Shown: positions 10,601 to 19,890 of the stretch, in pieces | Position numbering within the stretch: the first letter of the stretch is position 1 | Layout of the letters: each line of letters starts with the position of its first letter | From: an uncultured Planctomycetaceae bacterium | GTDB taxonomy: Bacteria; Planctomycetota; Planctomycetia; Planctomycetales; Planctomycetaceae | Direction of reading: 5' to 3' | Assembly (NCBI GenBank): GCA_963813715.1 | Contig: CAWFAK010000007.1 | Span: 512,001-576,000 of the forward strand | Length of the DNA stretch: 64,000 nucleotides | Program-made: the position numbers and the translations under genes | Notes under the pieces: generated by a model | What the model was told of the DNA's origin: nothing | Databases searched by the model: none | Seen by the model: only the letters and a program-made list of their open reading frames with translations

Positions 10601-11675
10601 CAATCACCTCGAGAAGGCGGGCGCGGGGAGCGGTCCCCGGCGATGGCGGGAAACGGGCGGGCAGGCGAGCACGGGCAGGACGATCTCCGGAGATCGTAGC
10701 ATGCTCCGACGCGTTATGCCCCTCCGCGGACGACCTCAGCGGTGCGTGGGCTCTTCGATTTCTTCGCTCGCGCCGGTCGGCGCGCGCTTCTGAAAGCCCG
10801 CTCCGCCGCTTGGTGCCGCGACCCGTGATTTCTCGCCAGGCAGACTGCGCCGGCGGCGTGAAGGCGAAGAAGCAGAAGATGAGGGGCATCGCCTCGCGCA
10901 CTACGAACACGATCGCCAGCGTGAAGATGATCTGGATCAAGCGCAGCCGACTGCGATGACCGCGAAACAGCTGACTGAAGAAATGCGCGTAGCGGAATCG
11001 CGAAACCATCAACACGGCCACGGCCAACGTGATCGCGGGCAAAAGCAAGTACGTGGTCGGGACCAGCCATTCCGCCAATGCACTCCACGCGCCTTCCGTG
11101 GCGAGGGCCCGGCTCCGCAGGCCGGTCAGAGCAATGGGGAACGAAGCGATCGTCGCAGCGGCGGCCGGCGACGGCAACCCGCTGAAAAAGGTGTGCGAGT
11201 CCTCTTCGTCCGTCTCCACGTTGAATCGGGCGAGCCGCAACAACGCGCACAGCGAAAACAGGCAGGCGATCACCCACAAGAGCCGCGACGGATACTCGAA
11301 AAACGGCTGGAAACGGGCGTCGAACAGGCTCACGCCCGACGCGTCGGCCTCCATCGAGTGCAACAGACGCAACATCAGGAAGGCGGGGGCCACGCCGAAA
11401 CTGATGGCGTCGCACAGGCTGTCGAGTTGGGCGCCGAAATCGCTCGTCTGCCGCGCCAGTCGGGCGACGCTGCCGTCCAGCATGTCGAAGAGCATCGCCA
11501 GAAAAATCAAAAACGCGGAGATGAACAGAAAATGCTCGCCGGCCGGATCGGGGCCGACGCGGGCCGCGTACGTGATCGCGCCGAACCCGCAAGCCGCGTT
11601 GCCCAGCGTCAACAGCGTCGGCAGAACGGCGAAAACCTTGCGACGGCTGACCAGGCTGCGGCGACGGCGTCTCAG
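10590..11675 (-). CDS. pssA: CDP-diacylglycerol--serine O-phosphatidyltransferase
   Basis: PTLLTLGN, FDMLDGSVAR..FGAQLDSLCDAISFGVAP, LRLARFN, FSGLPSP; adjacent to psd. Start approximate; the true stop may be near 10714 through a frameshift. Confidence 0.85.
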   Translation of the reverse strand: MRRRRRSLVSRRKVFAVLPTLLTLGNAACGFGAITYAARVGPDPAGEHFLFISAFLIFLAMLFDMLDGSVARLARQTSDFGAQLDSLCDAISFGVAPAFLMLRLLHSMEADASGVSLFDARFQPFFEYPSRLLWVIACLFSLCALLRLARFNVETDEEDSHTFFSGLPSPAAAATIASFPIALTGLRSRALATEGAWSALAEWLVPTTYLLLPAITLAVAVLMVSRFRYAHFFSQLFRGHRSRLRLIQIIFTLAIVFVVREAMPLIFCFFAFTPPAQSAWREITGRGTKRRSGLSEARADRRERRNRRAHAPLRSSAEGHNASEHATISGDRPARARLPARFPPSPGTAPRARLLEVIDAR

Positions 11676-12632
11676 CTCCGATACCGCGCGACGATCGTCG
11701 ATCCCGCGAGGACTTTCTCGCCGACTTTCACCGAGATCTCCAGGCCGGTCTCCCATGGCAACACCAGTTCTGTCCGCGACCCCAACTTGATCATTCCGAA
11801 TTGTTCACCCGCATTGAGCACGTCGCCCGGTTTCAGCCAGCAGACGATGCGGCGGGCAAATTGCCCCGTGATCTGCCGGACGGTCATCCGCCGAAAGGGC
11901 GCAGACTCTTCCTCGATCCGGACAGCCAGCTGCTCGTTCTCCCGGGCCGATTCGGGCCGCAACGCGTTGAGCATCTTCCCTCGCCGGTAGCGCAGGCCGA
12001 TGACCCGCGCCCGCACCGGGCTGCGATTGATGTGCACATTGAAAATCGACAGGAAGATGCCGACGCAGATCGCCCGCCCGCCGCTGAACTCGTCGTCGGT
12101 CACCTCTTCAATGGTCACGATCTTGCCGTCGGCCGGCGCAACCACAACGCCCGCTCCGGTCGGCGCCTGCCGCCGCGGATTGCGGAAGAACCAGACCACC
12201 AGACCCGCAATCACTGCCAACGCGAGCGCCAAAAGACCAACCGTAACTCGACCACCCGTCGAGGAAATCCAGAACGCGATGCGAAACAGCAAGAGCGCCG
12301 CCGCCAGCGCGCCGCCGCCGATCACGATTAACTCCGCCAGTCCGACGCGGGCAAACGGCAGCCGATCGCGCCAGGTAAACGGATCATCCTGCGGCTCCCA
12401 ATAGTAGCCGCCCTGATTGCGGTGGAACTTGAGGTCGCGCGGATCGAGCACTTCGTGGGGGCAAGGATTGTAAGAGCCGCGACGCGTCTGCAGCATCCGC
12501 GATCAGATAACGGGGCCGCAAGGCCTTGAGATACCACCGTCGCAGCCGCCCCCAGTTCTGCTCCAGACGAATCACCACCCCGCCACCCGGCTGGATGTTG
12601 CGGATCTGCGGATCCATCGGCTCGAGGGGCAA
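11672..12632 (-). CDS. psd: Phosphatidylserine decarboxylase proenzyme (frameshift near 12500)
   Basis: WFFRNPRR, APADGKI, IFLSIFNVHINRSP, ARRIVC, GMIKLGSR (self-cleavage site). Confidence 0.9.
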
Positions 12633-13092
12633 CCGCCGCCGATGACGGTGGGCGAGCGATCACACGGCGCGGTCGCGACGACGGCGCCACACGCGGGCAC
12701 CGAAGACGCTGGCAGCACGATGGCGCATGACGTGCAACGACGGCGCGGACAGCGGCGTGGCCGTCTGAGAATCGCTATCGAGTGCAGGCTGGTCGGAAGT
12801 CATCACTGCTCACCGAACCGTTCACCGGGCCTCTTACTGGGCCGCCGGATGGTGGAAATACGAACTCCATCGCGGGGTCGGGCAGCCGCCGAAAGCTCGG
12901 CAATCAATCCGCCCAAAGCAAGAAGTCCATTATAGTTCGGTTCACTTGGCGAAAGAAACGAGGGCCGGCGATTGATCCATGTCGCGAAAGTTGGCGTTTT
13001 TCCAGCGGGTTGACCGTGCCGTCGGCAGTCGAGCATGATGATTCTGCCGGCAGAGGCTGTGGATCGGGGACTGCGAAGGAGGGCCGCGACTC

Positions 13093-14049
13093 ATGCAACG
13101 ATTCCGCAACATCCTTGTGGGAATCGACCTGGCGAACGCCGATCATCTCGCAGAATTCGAGCTGACGCCGCCGAACGAAGAGGCGCTGCGGCGGGCGATC
13201 TGGCTGGCCGCCCATACCGGCGGCCGGCTGACCATCTTTGCGGCTCTTGATATCGCGGAGCCGGCCCGCACCATGCTGCAGCAAGAGCTGGAGCATACCG
13301 AAGGCAACCTCGAACGACAGGCCGGCGAGATCCTCGAACGGTTCGTCGTCCGGGCCAAGTCCCAAGGTGTCGAAGCCGTGCAGCGGCTAGGCTTCGGCAG
13401 CCCGTGGCAGGAAATCTGTCGCCAGGTGCTCGTCGAGAATCACGACCTGGTCGTGATCGGCACCCGCGATCTGGGGCAAATCAGCCGCATTTTGTTCGGC
13501 TCGACCGGCGTCAAGCTGTTGCGCTACTGCCCCTGCCCTGTCTGGATTACGCGGCCCGATCCCAACTGGGACGATCTCAACATCCTCGTCCCCAGCGATC
13601 TCAGCGACGTCAGCCAAGACGCGCTCCGCATCGCGGTCAACGGCGGCCAACTCGTCGACACGCGGCTGCACCTGCTCCATGCCGTCGAGGGCATGATCGC
13701 TCCGCCCGCCTGGTTCGGCAAAACGCAACGGAAAATGGTGAACGACTTCCTCTGTCAGGAACGAGCCGAAGCCACCCGCCGACTGCACGAACAGCTTTCG
13801 CTGACGGACTATCGCACCTTGCCCCACGGCGTGCAGGTGCATGTCGTCGACGGACCTCCCGACGAAGCCATCCTCAAGGCGATCGACGATTTTCAAATCG
13901 ACCTCGTCGTGATGGGGACGGCCGGCAACGCCGGGCTCTCAGGTTTTGTCGTCGGGACGACCGCCGAACGGCTCGTCTCCCATATGAAGTGCTCGGTCAT
14001 TGCCGTCAAACCGGCGGGATTCGAGTGCCCGGTGACCCCGGAAGCATAG
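13093..14049 (+). CDS. Tandem universal stress protein (UspE-like)
   Basis: Two USP domains: ILVGIDL...DLVVIGT..FGSTGVKLLRYCPCPVW and ILVPSDLS...DLVVMGT..VGTTAERL. Confidence 0.9.
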   Translation: MQRFRNILVGIDLANADHLAEFELTPPNEEALRRAIWLAAHTGGRLTIFAALDIAEPARTMLQQELEHTEGNLERQAGEILERFVVRAKSQGVEAVQRLGFGSPWQEICRQVLVENHDLVVIGTRDLGQISRILFGSTGVKLLRYCPCPVWITRPDPNWDDLNILVPSDLSDVSQDALRIAVNGGQLVDTRLHLLHAVEGMIAPPAWFGKTQRKMVNDFLCQERAEATRRLHEQLSLTDYRTLPHGVQVHVVDGPPDEAILKAIDDFQIDLVVMGTAGNAGLSGFVVGTTAERLVSHMKCSVIAVKPAGFECPVTPEA

Positions 14050-14618
14050 TCCGAGCGCGTAAACGGGGAGTTTTGAGCTCGACTGCCGGCCGCCATAACC
14101 CTCAGTCGCCATTAGGGATGAGGCGACACGGCTGCCGGTGATCGGCCGGCTCCAAGCATCGTGCGAAACCTCTCGGCATCCCGTGGATCGGGGCTTTCCT
14201 GATTGCCCGAAAATTCTGCAGATCTGTGAGAAGCCGCACAGAGGAAAAGGCGGCCGACTGCGATACTTCAACTGATACGCTGACGCGTATTCGGCAAACC
14301 AGACACCTTCTCGATCGCTCGGCGGGCGGTTCGTTATTCGCACGGTCTTTACTTAAACTCATACACAAAGCCGCCTGTCGGGTGATTGTTTTTGCTCGTC
14401 GCTCTAATTCGCTAATTCATTCGCCGAATAATGCGGGGAAGGCAGCTCTTGGCCTTCCCCGTCTTTTTGCGCCGGGCGAGTTTCACTGCCCGGCGATCGT
14501 GGACGGGGCGCTGCGTAGAAAACTGATCTTGGGCGTGCCGCCCGCCTGTGGCAGGATGAGAAGAGAGACTGTTTCGCGATCGCTCTGCGCGCCCACGGTC
14601 TGGAGCTGACGGCCCGCC

Positions 14619-15031
14619 GTCCCGCTGTGACAAAAGTTTCATCCCCTGCGGGGCCCTCCGGGGTGGGGATCCTTTTTTCACAGAGGGGATAAAAAGATCC
14701 CCGTGCGCGCGGGACAAGTTGTCCCGCCGGGTCCGCCTAAAAGTGGTCCCGCCGGGACGGGTCTCTCACAATTGATATAAGGGGGGTGGACCCACCGATG
14801 GGAGTCCCACCGGTCAGCGGCGATCCATCCCAGCAATCGGGACGGGATTGATTGGGATGGGACACGAAGCGATGAGGATTGCCGGGCTTGAGCAACGCGT
14901 GTCTCCGCCGCAGCGTCGCGTTCTCCGCCCTCACCCCGGCCCTCTCCGGCAGCCTGGGAGAGGGTGCAAAACGGGACGGGATCGGGACATGGGACTTGGG
15001 GATGGGACGCTGGGACCGGGACGGGATTGAT
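14619..15031 (+). repeat. GGGAY-rich non-coding element, copy A
   Basis: About 17 GGGAC/GGGAT on + and about 7 on - (counted by eye). CGGGACGGGATTGAT at 14838 and 15017. Head 14629-14710 is homologous to the reverse complement of 40119-40184. Confidence 0.75.
14928..14964. repeat. REP-like palindromic element
   Basis: CCCTCACCCCGGCCCTCTCC-GGCAGCCTG-GGAGAGGG, a widespread extragenic palindrome type, embedded in element A. Confidence 0.65.
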
Positions 15032-15085
15032 TTGGTCGGAGGTGTCACGGGCCCTGGGCGGCGATCGGCAGCTTGACGCCCCCCG

Positions 15086-15128
15086 GTCGATTTCCAAAGA
15101 TTGACGCTGTCGATTCGCAAAGATTGAC
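15086..15128 (+). promoter_or_regulatory. 20-nt direct repeat upstream of the RiPP precursor
   Basis: GTCGATTTCCAAAGATTGAC (15086-15105) and GTCGATTCGCAAAGATTGAC (15109-15128), 18/20 identical, period 23. Confidence 0.55.
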
Positions 15129-15165
15129 CGAGTCGGCTTCGACCAAAGGTCCCGAGGGTGTGGGC

Positions 15166-15672
15166 ATGCGTCTGAACGAACGGCGGGAAAGCGCGCTCAG
15201 TCGGCGCGACTTTCACCGGCTTGCGACCGCGGCCTTCGGCGGCCTGCTGGCCGGTTCGCTCGCCGGGTGTGGTGATGGCGATCGGGCGGCGGCCCCCGTT
15301 TCAGGCTCGCCCGCTGCTCCGAAAACCGGGCCGGCACCGACCACGACCGCCCCGGTGGTCAGCGCCACGACGGTGGCGCTCCACGCCTGCCGCGGCCTGA
15401 ACGAGTGCAAAGGACTGGGCAAAGACCACAAAAATGCCTGTGCCGGCCAGGGAAACTGCTTCACCGTCACCCATGACTGCGCCGAGAAGAACGATTGCAA
15501 ATCCCAAGGCGGCTGCGGCGGGACGAATGGGTTCAATGACTGCAAAGGCAAAGGCGGTTGCGGACACTTCCCGATCGAGGACGGAGTCTGGAAGAAAGCC
15601 CGCGCCCAGTTCGAGTCCCGCATGAAGGTGGCAGGCAAGAAAGTCGGTCCGGCCCCGGCGGCCGCCGGCTAA
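15166..15672 (+). CDS. Cys-rich MNIO RiPP precursor (bufferin-like) with Tat-lipoprotein signal
   Basis: SRRDFH twin-arginine motif, LAGC lipobox, Pro/Thr/Ala linker, 9 core Cys in repeats CRGLNECKG, CAGQGNC, CAEKNDCKSQGGC, NDCKGKGGC; immediately upstream of DUF692. Confidence 0.8.
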   Translation: MRLNERRESALSRRDFHRLATAAFGGLLAGSLAGCGDGDRAAAPVSGSPAAPKTGPAPTTTAPVVSATTVALHACRGLNECKGLGKDHKNACAGQGNCFTVTHDCAEKNDCKSQGGCGGTNGFNDCKGKGGCGHFPIEDGVWKKARAQFESRMKVAGKKVGPAPAAAG

Positions 15673-15696
15673 CGTTGGCGTCAGAGAGCAGGCGAA

Positions 15697-16663
15697 ATGA
15701 TCCCGTCACGACTTGGTCATCCCAATCTCGGACTCGGGCTGGGCCTGCGAACCGTCCACTATCAACACATCCTCGACCACAATCCGAGCGTGGACTGGTT
15801 CGAGGTCATCTCCGAAAACTACATGGATTCGGGCGGGCGGCCCCGCTACGTGCTCGAGCAGGTCGCCGAACGCTATCCGATCGTGATGCACGGGGTCTCG
15901 CTGTCGATCGGCAGCACCGATCCGGTCAATTTCGAGTATCTCAACAAGCTTCGCGATCTGGCCCGGGTGACCAAGGCCCTCTGGGTCTCGGATCATGTCT
16001 GCTGGACGGGAGTCGCCGGTCGCAACACGCACGACCTTTTGCCGATTCCCTACACCGAGCAGGCGCTGGCGCACGTGATCGACCGAATCCGCGTCGTGCA
16101 GGACGTGCTGGAGCGGCCGCTGGTGCTGGAGAACCCCAGCACGTACGTGACCTTCGCCGACTCGACAATGCCCGAGGCCGAATTTCTGACGCGCATGACC
16201 GAGGCGACCGGCTGCGGCCTCTTGCTCGACGTCAATAACGTTTACGTCTCCTGCTTCAACCACGACCAGGATCCCTTCGAGTTCCTCCGCTCGATCCCGC
16301 ACGAACGGGTCGTGCAATTTCATCTGGCCGGCCATACCAACTGCGTAACGCACTTGATCGACACGCATGACGGCCGGGTCATCAATCCGGTCTGGGACTT
16401 GTATCGGCTCGCTCACCAGCTGACGGGCGGCGTCTCCACCCTGCTCGAATGGGACGCGCGGATTCCCGCCGTTCCCCGTCGTGCACGCGGAAGTACTCAA
16501 AGCCCGCAACTATATGGTGTCGGAGCTCACGGGGTTCGCGGCCGACGCTGCGAGCACAGCGAGCGATGCTCAAAGCGCCGCTGAGTCGGAAGTGTTCGAG
16601 GAACTCGCTGAAGAGCCCGGCATTCCGCAGCCGGCAACCTACGCGACGGCGGAGTTCGAGTGA
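15697..16663 (+). CDS. DUF692 multinuclear non-heme iron oxidative enzyme (MNIO); frameshift near 16468
   Basis: [69 protein letters not shown]. The C-terminus continues in ORF 16481-16663. Confidence 0.93.
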
Positions 16664-16714
16664 CCCTTTGACCGCGGACGTTGAGGTCGCGATTTGATTG
16701 GCGGGCGAGTTGGA

Positions 16715-17650
16715 ATGACGGGCAACCGGCAAGAGCTGCGGCAACTCGCCCAGATTCAGCGTTGGCTGCAAGCCGTCATTACGCATCCCGACGGCGTCGA
16801 AGCGGGAATGGCATCGGACGCGGCGCAGTCCGAGATCGATATCTCGGCCGATCGCGTCGAAGAAGTCATCGATCGTTCGAAACGGCGGACCAGCGTCGAG
16901 CGGCTGGAAATCTACGCGAACGCCTACTACGCGCGGCTGCTGGAATGCTTGCGCGATGAATATCCCGCCCTGCTGCATGCGGCGGGCGAGGAAGTCTTTG
17001 ACGGGCTGGCCTTTGGCTATCTGCAGGCGTATCCGTCGCAGAGCTACACGCTGGGCGAATTGAGCCGGCGATTCGCCCAATACTTAGAGGAGACGCGGCC
17101 GACCGACGAAGACGAGGCGGGCGCGGGCCCGTCGTGGCCCGAGTTTCTGATCGACCTGGTCCGTCTCGAACGCTGCTATAGCGACGTCTTTGACGGACCG
17201 GGCGCCGAACGCATGTCGCTGCTCGACGCGGCCGCACTCAAGGACCTTTCACCCGAAGCCTGGATGCAGGCGCGCCTCGTCACCGTCCCCTGCCTGCGGC
17301 TGTTGTCGTTGCGATTCCCGGTCCACGAGTACGCGACGGCCGTCCGCGAGAAAACAGATCCCGATCTGCCGGAACCGACGCCGACCTGGCTGGCGGTGAG
17401 CCGGATCAATTACGTGGTCCGCCGCTGGACGCTCAGCCCGGTGCAGTTCGAATTGCTGGCGGCACTGATCGAAGGACAAAGCGTCGGCGCGGCCATCGAG
17501 CGAGCCGCCATACTCGCGGTCGAATCGGGCGAAAGCGTCGAAGGACTCGCTGCCAGTCTGCGCGACTGGTTCGCCGAGTGGTCGTCGGCCGGATTCTTTC
17601 AGGCGGTCGAGCTGCCCGGCTCACGCGAAGGTGAATCCTCGATTAAGTAG
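16715..17650 (+). CDS. DUF2063-type MNIO partner protein (HvfC/BufC-like)
   Basis: QRWLQAVITHP, ERLEIYANAYYARLLECLRDEYPAL, YLQAYPSQSYTLGEL, DLVRLE; directly follows DUF692. Confidence 0.88.
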   Translation: MTGNRQELRQLAQIQRWLQAVITHPDGVEAGMASDAAQSEIDISADRVEEVIDRSKRRTSVERLEIYANAYYARLLECLRDEYPALLHAAGEEVFDGLAFGYLQAYPSQSYTLGELSRRFAQYLEETRPTDEDEAGAGPSWPEFLIDLVRLERCYSDVFDGPGAERMSLLDAAALKDLSPEAWMQARLVTVPCLRLLSLRFPVHEYATAVREKTDPDLPEPTPTWLAVSRINYVVRRWTLSPVQFELLAALIEGQSVGAAIERAAILAVESGESVEGLAASLRDWFAEWSSAGFFQAVELPGSREGESSIK

Positions 17651-17741
17651 CGTCTCCGCTCGTTGCTCGCCCGACCTCCGGCCGACATACTGCGACGAGC
17701 CCATCTCTTCGCACAACAATTCGCCCGCTGGAGTGCCGCCA

Positions 17742-18795
17742 ATGTCCAACAAATTGTCGCTGTTCAACAAGTCGTTGTCTCTCACGTGTCTGGGGATTTG
17801 TCTCCTCGTTGCCCTGCCGGCCCGCTCGGCCGACGGTCCGGGGCCGTTCGAGGTCGCGGAGACGATCCACATCGGCGGCAAAGGCGGGTTCGACTATGTG
17901 ACGGTCGATTCGCAGGGCAAGCGGCTCTACATCCCGCGGGGCACGCACACCCAGATCCTTGACCTGACCACTGGCAAACTCGTCGGCGACATTCCTGGGC
18001 AGCAGGCCAATCACGGCGTCGCGCTGAACAGGCAGGTCGGTCGCGGCTTCATCTCCGATGGGCCGGGCTATGTCGTGATCTTCGATTTGAAGACAAACGC
18101 TGTGCTGGGCAAGGTGCAGGTCGCTCGCGGAGCCGACGGGATTATCAACGATCGGGGCAGCAAGACGCATCTTCGTCGCGTGCGGGTCGTCGGGCAGCCT
18201 GACGCCGATTCCCATCGATGTCGATCCGACCAACGGCAAAGCCGATCCGGCGATCGAGCTGGGCGGTAAACCCGAATATCTGGCGTGCGACGGCCAGGGA
18301 CGAGTCTTCGTGAACCTCGAGGACAAGGACCAAGTGGCCGTCGTTGACTCGAAGGCCCTCAAAGTCCTCGACAAGTGGTCGATCGCTCCGGGTGGAACGC
18401 CGGTGGGGATGCAGATCGATCCGGAACATCACCGCTTGTTCGTCGGTTGTCGAGAACCGCAAAAGCTGATCATTCTCAACACCGAAGACGGTCACGTGCT
18501 CGGCGATTTGCCGATCGGCGTCGGCTGTGATGCCGTGAAGGCCGATCAGGGCGACATCTTCGCCAGTTGCCGCGATGGCAGCTTGACCGTGGGGCGCGAG
18601 ACTTCGCCCGGCAAGTTCGAGGTTTTGCAGACCGTGAAAACACGACCGGGCGCCAAAACCATGGCCCTCGACCACGCCACCCACAGCATTTACCTGCCGA
18701 CTGCCGAGTTCGGGGAAGAAACCGACCGCCGCGGCCGACGGAAAGCCAAGCCCGACAGCTTTATGATCGTGGTCGTCCGCCCCGTGCAAAAATAG
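17742..18795 (+). CDS. Exported YncE/YVTN-like beta-propeller protein (frameshift near 18165)
   Basis: Signal peptide; GGKGGFDYVTVD..RLYIPRG, HGVAL, GFISDG, LGGKPE, VFVNLED, RLFVGCR, GAKTMALD. Confidence 0.85.
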
Positions 18796-18813
18796 AGGCT
18801 GGGGGAATTGGAA

Positions 18814-19884
18814 CTAGTTCGCAGCCGGCACTTGCTGCGTCAGGCAGTGGAACGCCCCCAGGCCCCAGATTACATCCAGGCAGTCCAGGCCGATGACCTC
18901 GCGATCGGGAAAGAACCGGGCCAGCGTCGATCGCGCAATCTCGTCGTTCGGGTGATTGTAGGTCGGCAGCAGGACGACGGTGTTGGCAATGTAGAAGTTG
19001 GCGTAACTCGCCGGCAGGCGCTGCCCTTCGTAAACGACTGGGGGCGGCATCGGAATCGGGACGATCTCCAGCGACCGCCCGTTCAGGTCGGTCATCGCTT
19101 CGAGGCGTCGCAAGTTTTCCCGGAGGGGAGCAAAGTTGGCGTCCGATGGGTCGTCCTCGATGGCCGTCACGACCGTGCGTGGTCCGACGAAGCGGGTCAG
19201 ATCGTCGACATGCCCGTCAGTGTCGTCCCCCACGATGCCGTCACCCAGCCACAGCACCTTTTCGACGCCCAGCATTTCCAGCAGGCGGATCTCGATGTGA
19301 TCCCGAGAAAGGTCGGGGTTGCGGTTCGGATTGAGCAGGCAGCCTTCGGTCGTGAGCAGCACGCCGCCACCGTTGCTGTCGATCGAGCCCCCCTCGAGGA
19401 TCATCCCCCCCTTGCGGCAGGGAATTCCCAGAGTGTCAGCCATGCGGGACGGAATCAGGTTGTCGAGATCGTGCGGCGGGTACTTGTTGCCCCAGGCGTT
19501 GTAGTCCCAGTCGATCGCCAGTCGCGGAGCTTTGGCCCCGCGACCGTCGCGATGGGTGAGAATGATTGCTCCGTGATCGCGGCACCAGGCGTCGTTGGTC
19601 GGGAAGCGATGAAAGCGAATGTCGCCCGTCGCACGTGCCCCGTCGAGAAACCGCCGAGCCTTCCCCTCCATCGCCTCGTCGTTGACGTTGATGTGAACCG
19701 TTTCCGAGCGGGCGAGCGCCGCCGCCATTTGCGCATAAACCGGGAAGATCGTCTCGATCTTGCCGGGCCACGACGCCTCTTTGTGCGGCCACGACAGCCA
19801 CGTGGCTTCGTGCGGCTCCCACTCGGCTGGCAGGCGGTAGCCGAGCTGTTTGGGCGTCGCGTCGGCAGTCACGGAAGTGCTCAC
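18814..19884 (-). CDS. aguA: Agmatine deiminase
   Basis: PAEWEPHEATWLSWP, NDAWCRDHG, LEGGSI, DDTDGHVD, ASYANFY, GAFHCLTQQVP. Confidence 0.93.
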   Translation of the reverse strand: MSTSVTADATPKQLGYRLPAEWEPHEATWLSWPHKEASWPGKIETIFPVYAQMAAALARSETVHINVNDEAMEGKARRFLDGARATGDIRFHRFPTNDAWCRDHGAIILTHRDGRGAKAPRLAIDWDYNAWGNKYPPHDLDNLIPSRMADTLGIPCRKGGMILEGGSIDSNGGGVLLTTEGCLLNPNRNPDLSRDHIEIRLLEMLGVEKVLWLGDGIVGDDTDGHVDDLTRFVGPRTVVTAIEDDPSDANFAPLRENLRRLEAMTDLNGRSLEIVPIPMPPPVVYEGQRLPASYANFYIANTVVLLPTYNHPNDEIARSTLARFFPDREVIGLDCLDVIWGLGAFHCLTQQVPAAN

Positions 19885-19890
19885 GGCAGG

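Noticed and set aside
14678..15097. ORF over GGGAY element A (and 39775-40416 over element B)
   Set aside because: VP/PSR-rich translations merely reflect the DNA motif; the two ORFs show no colinear protein similarity.
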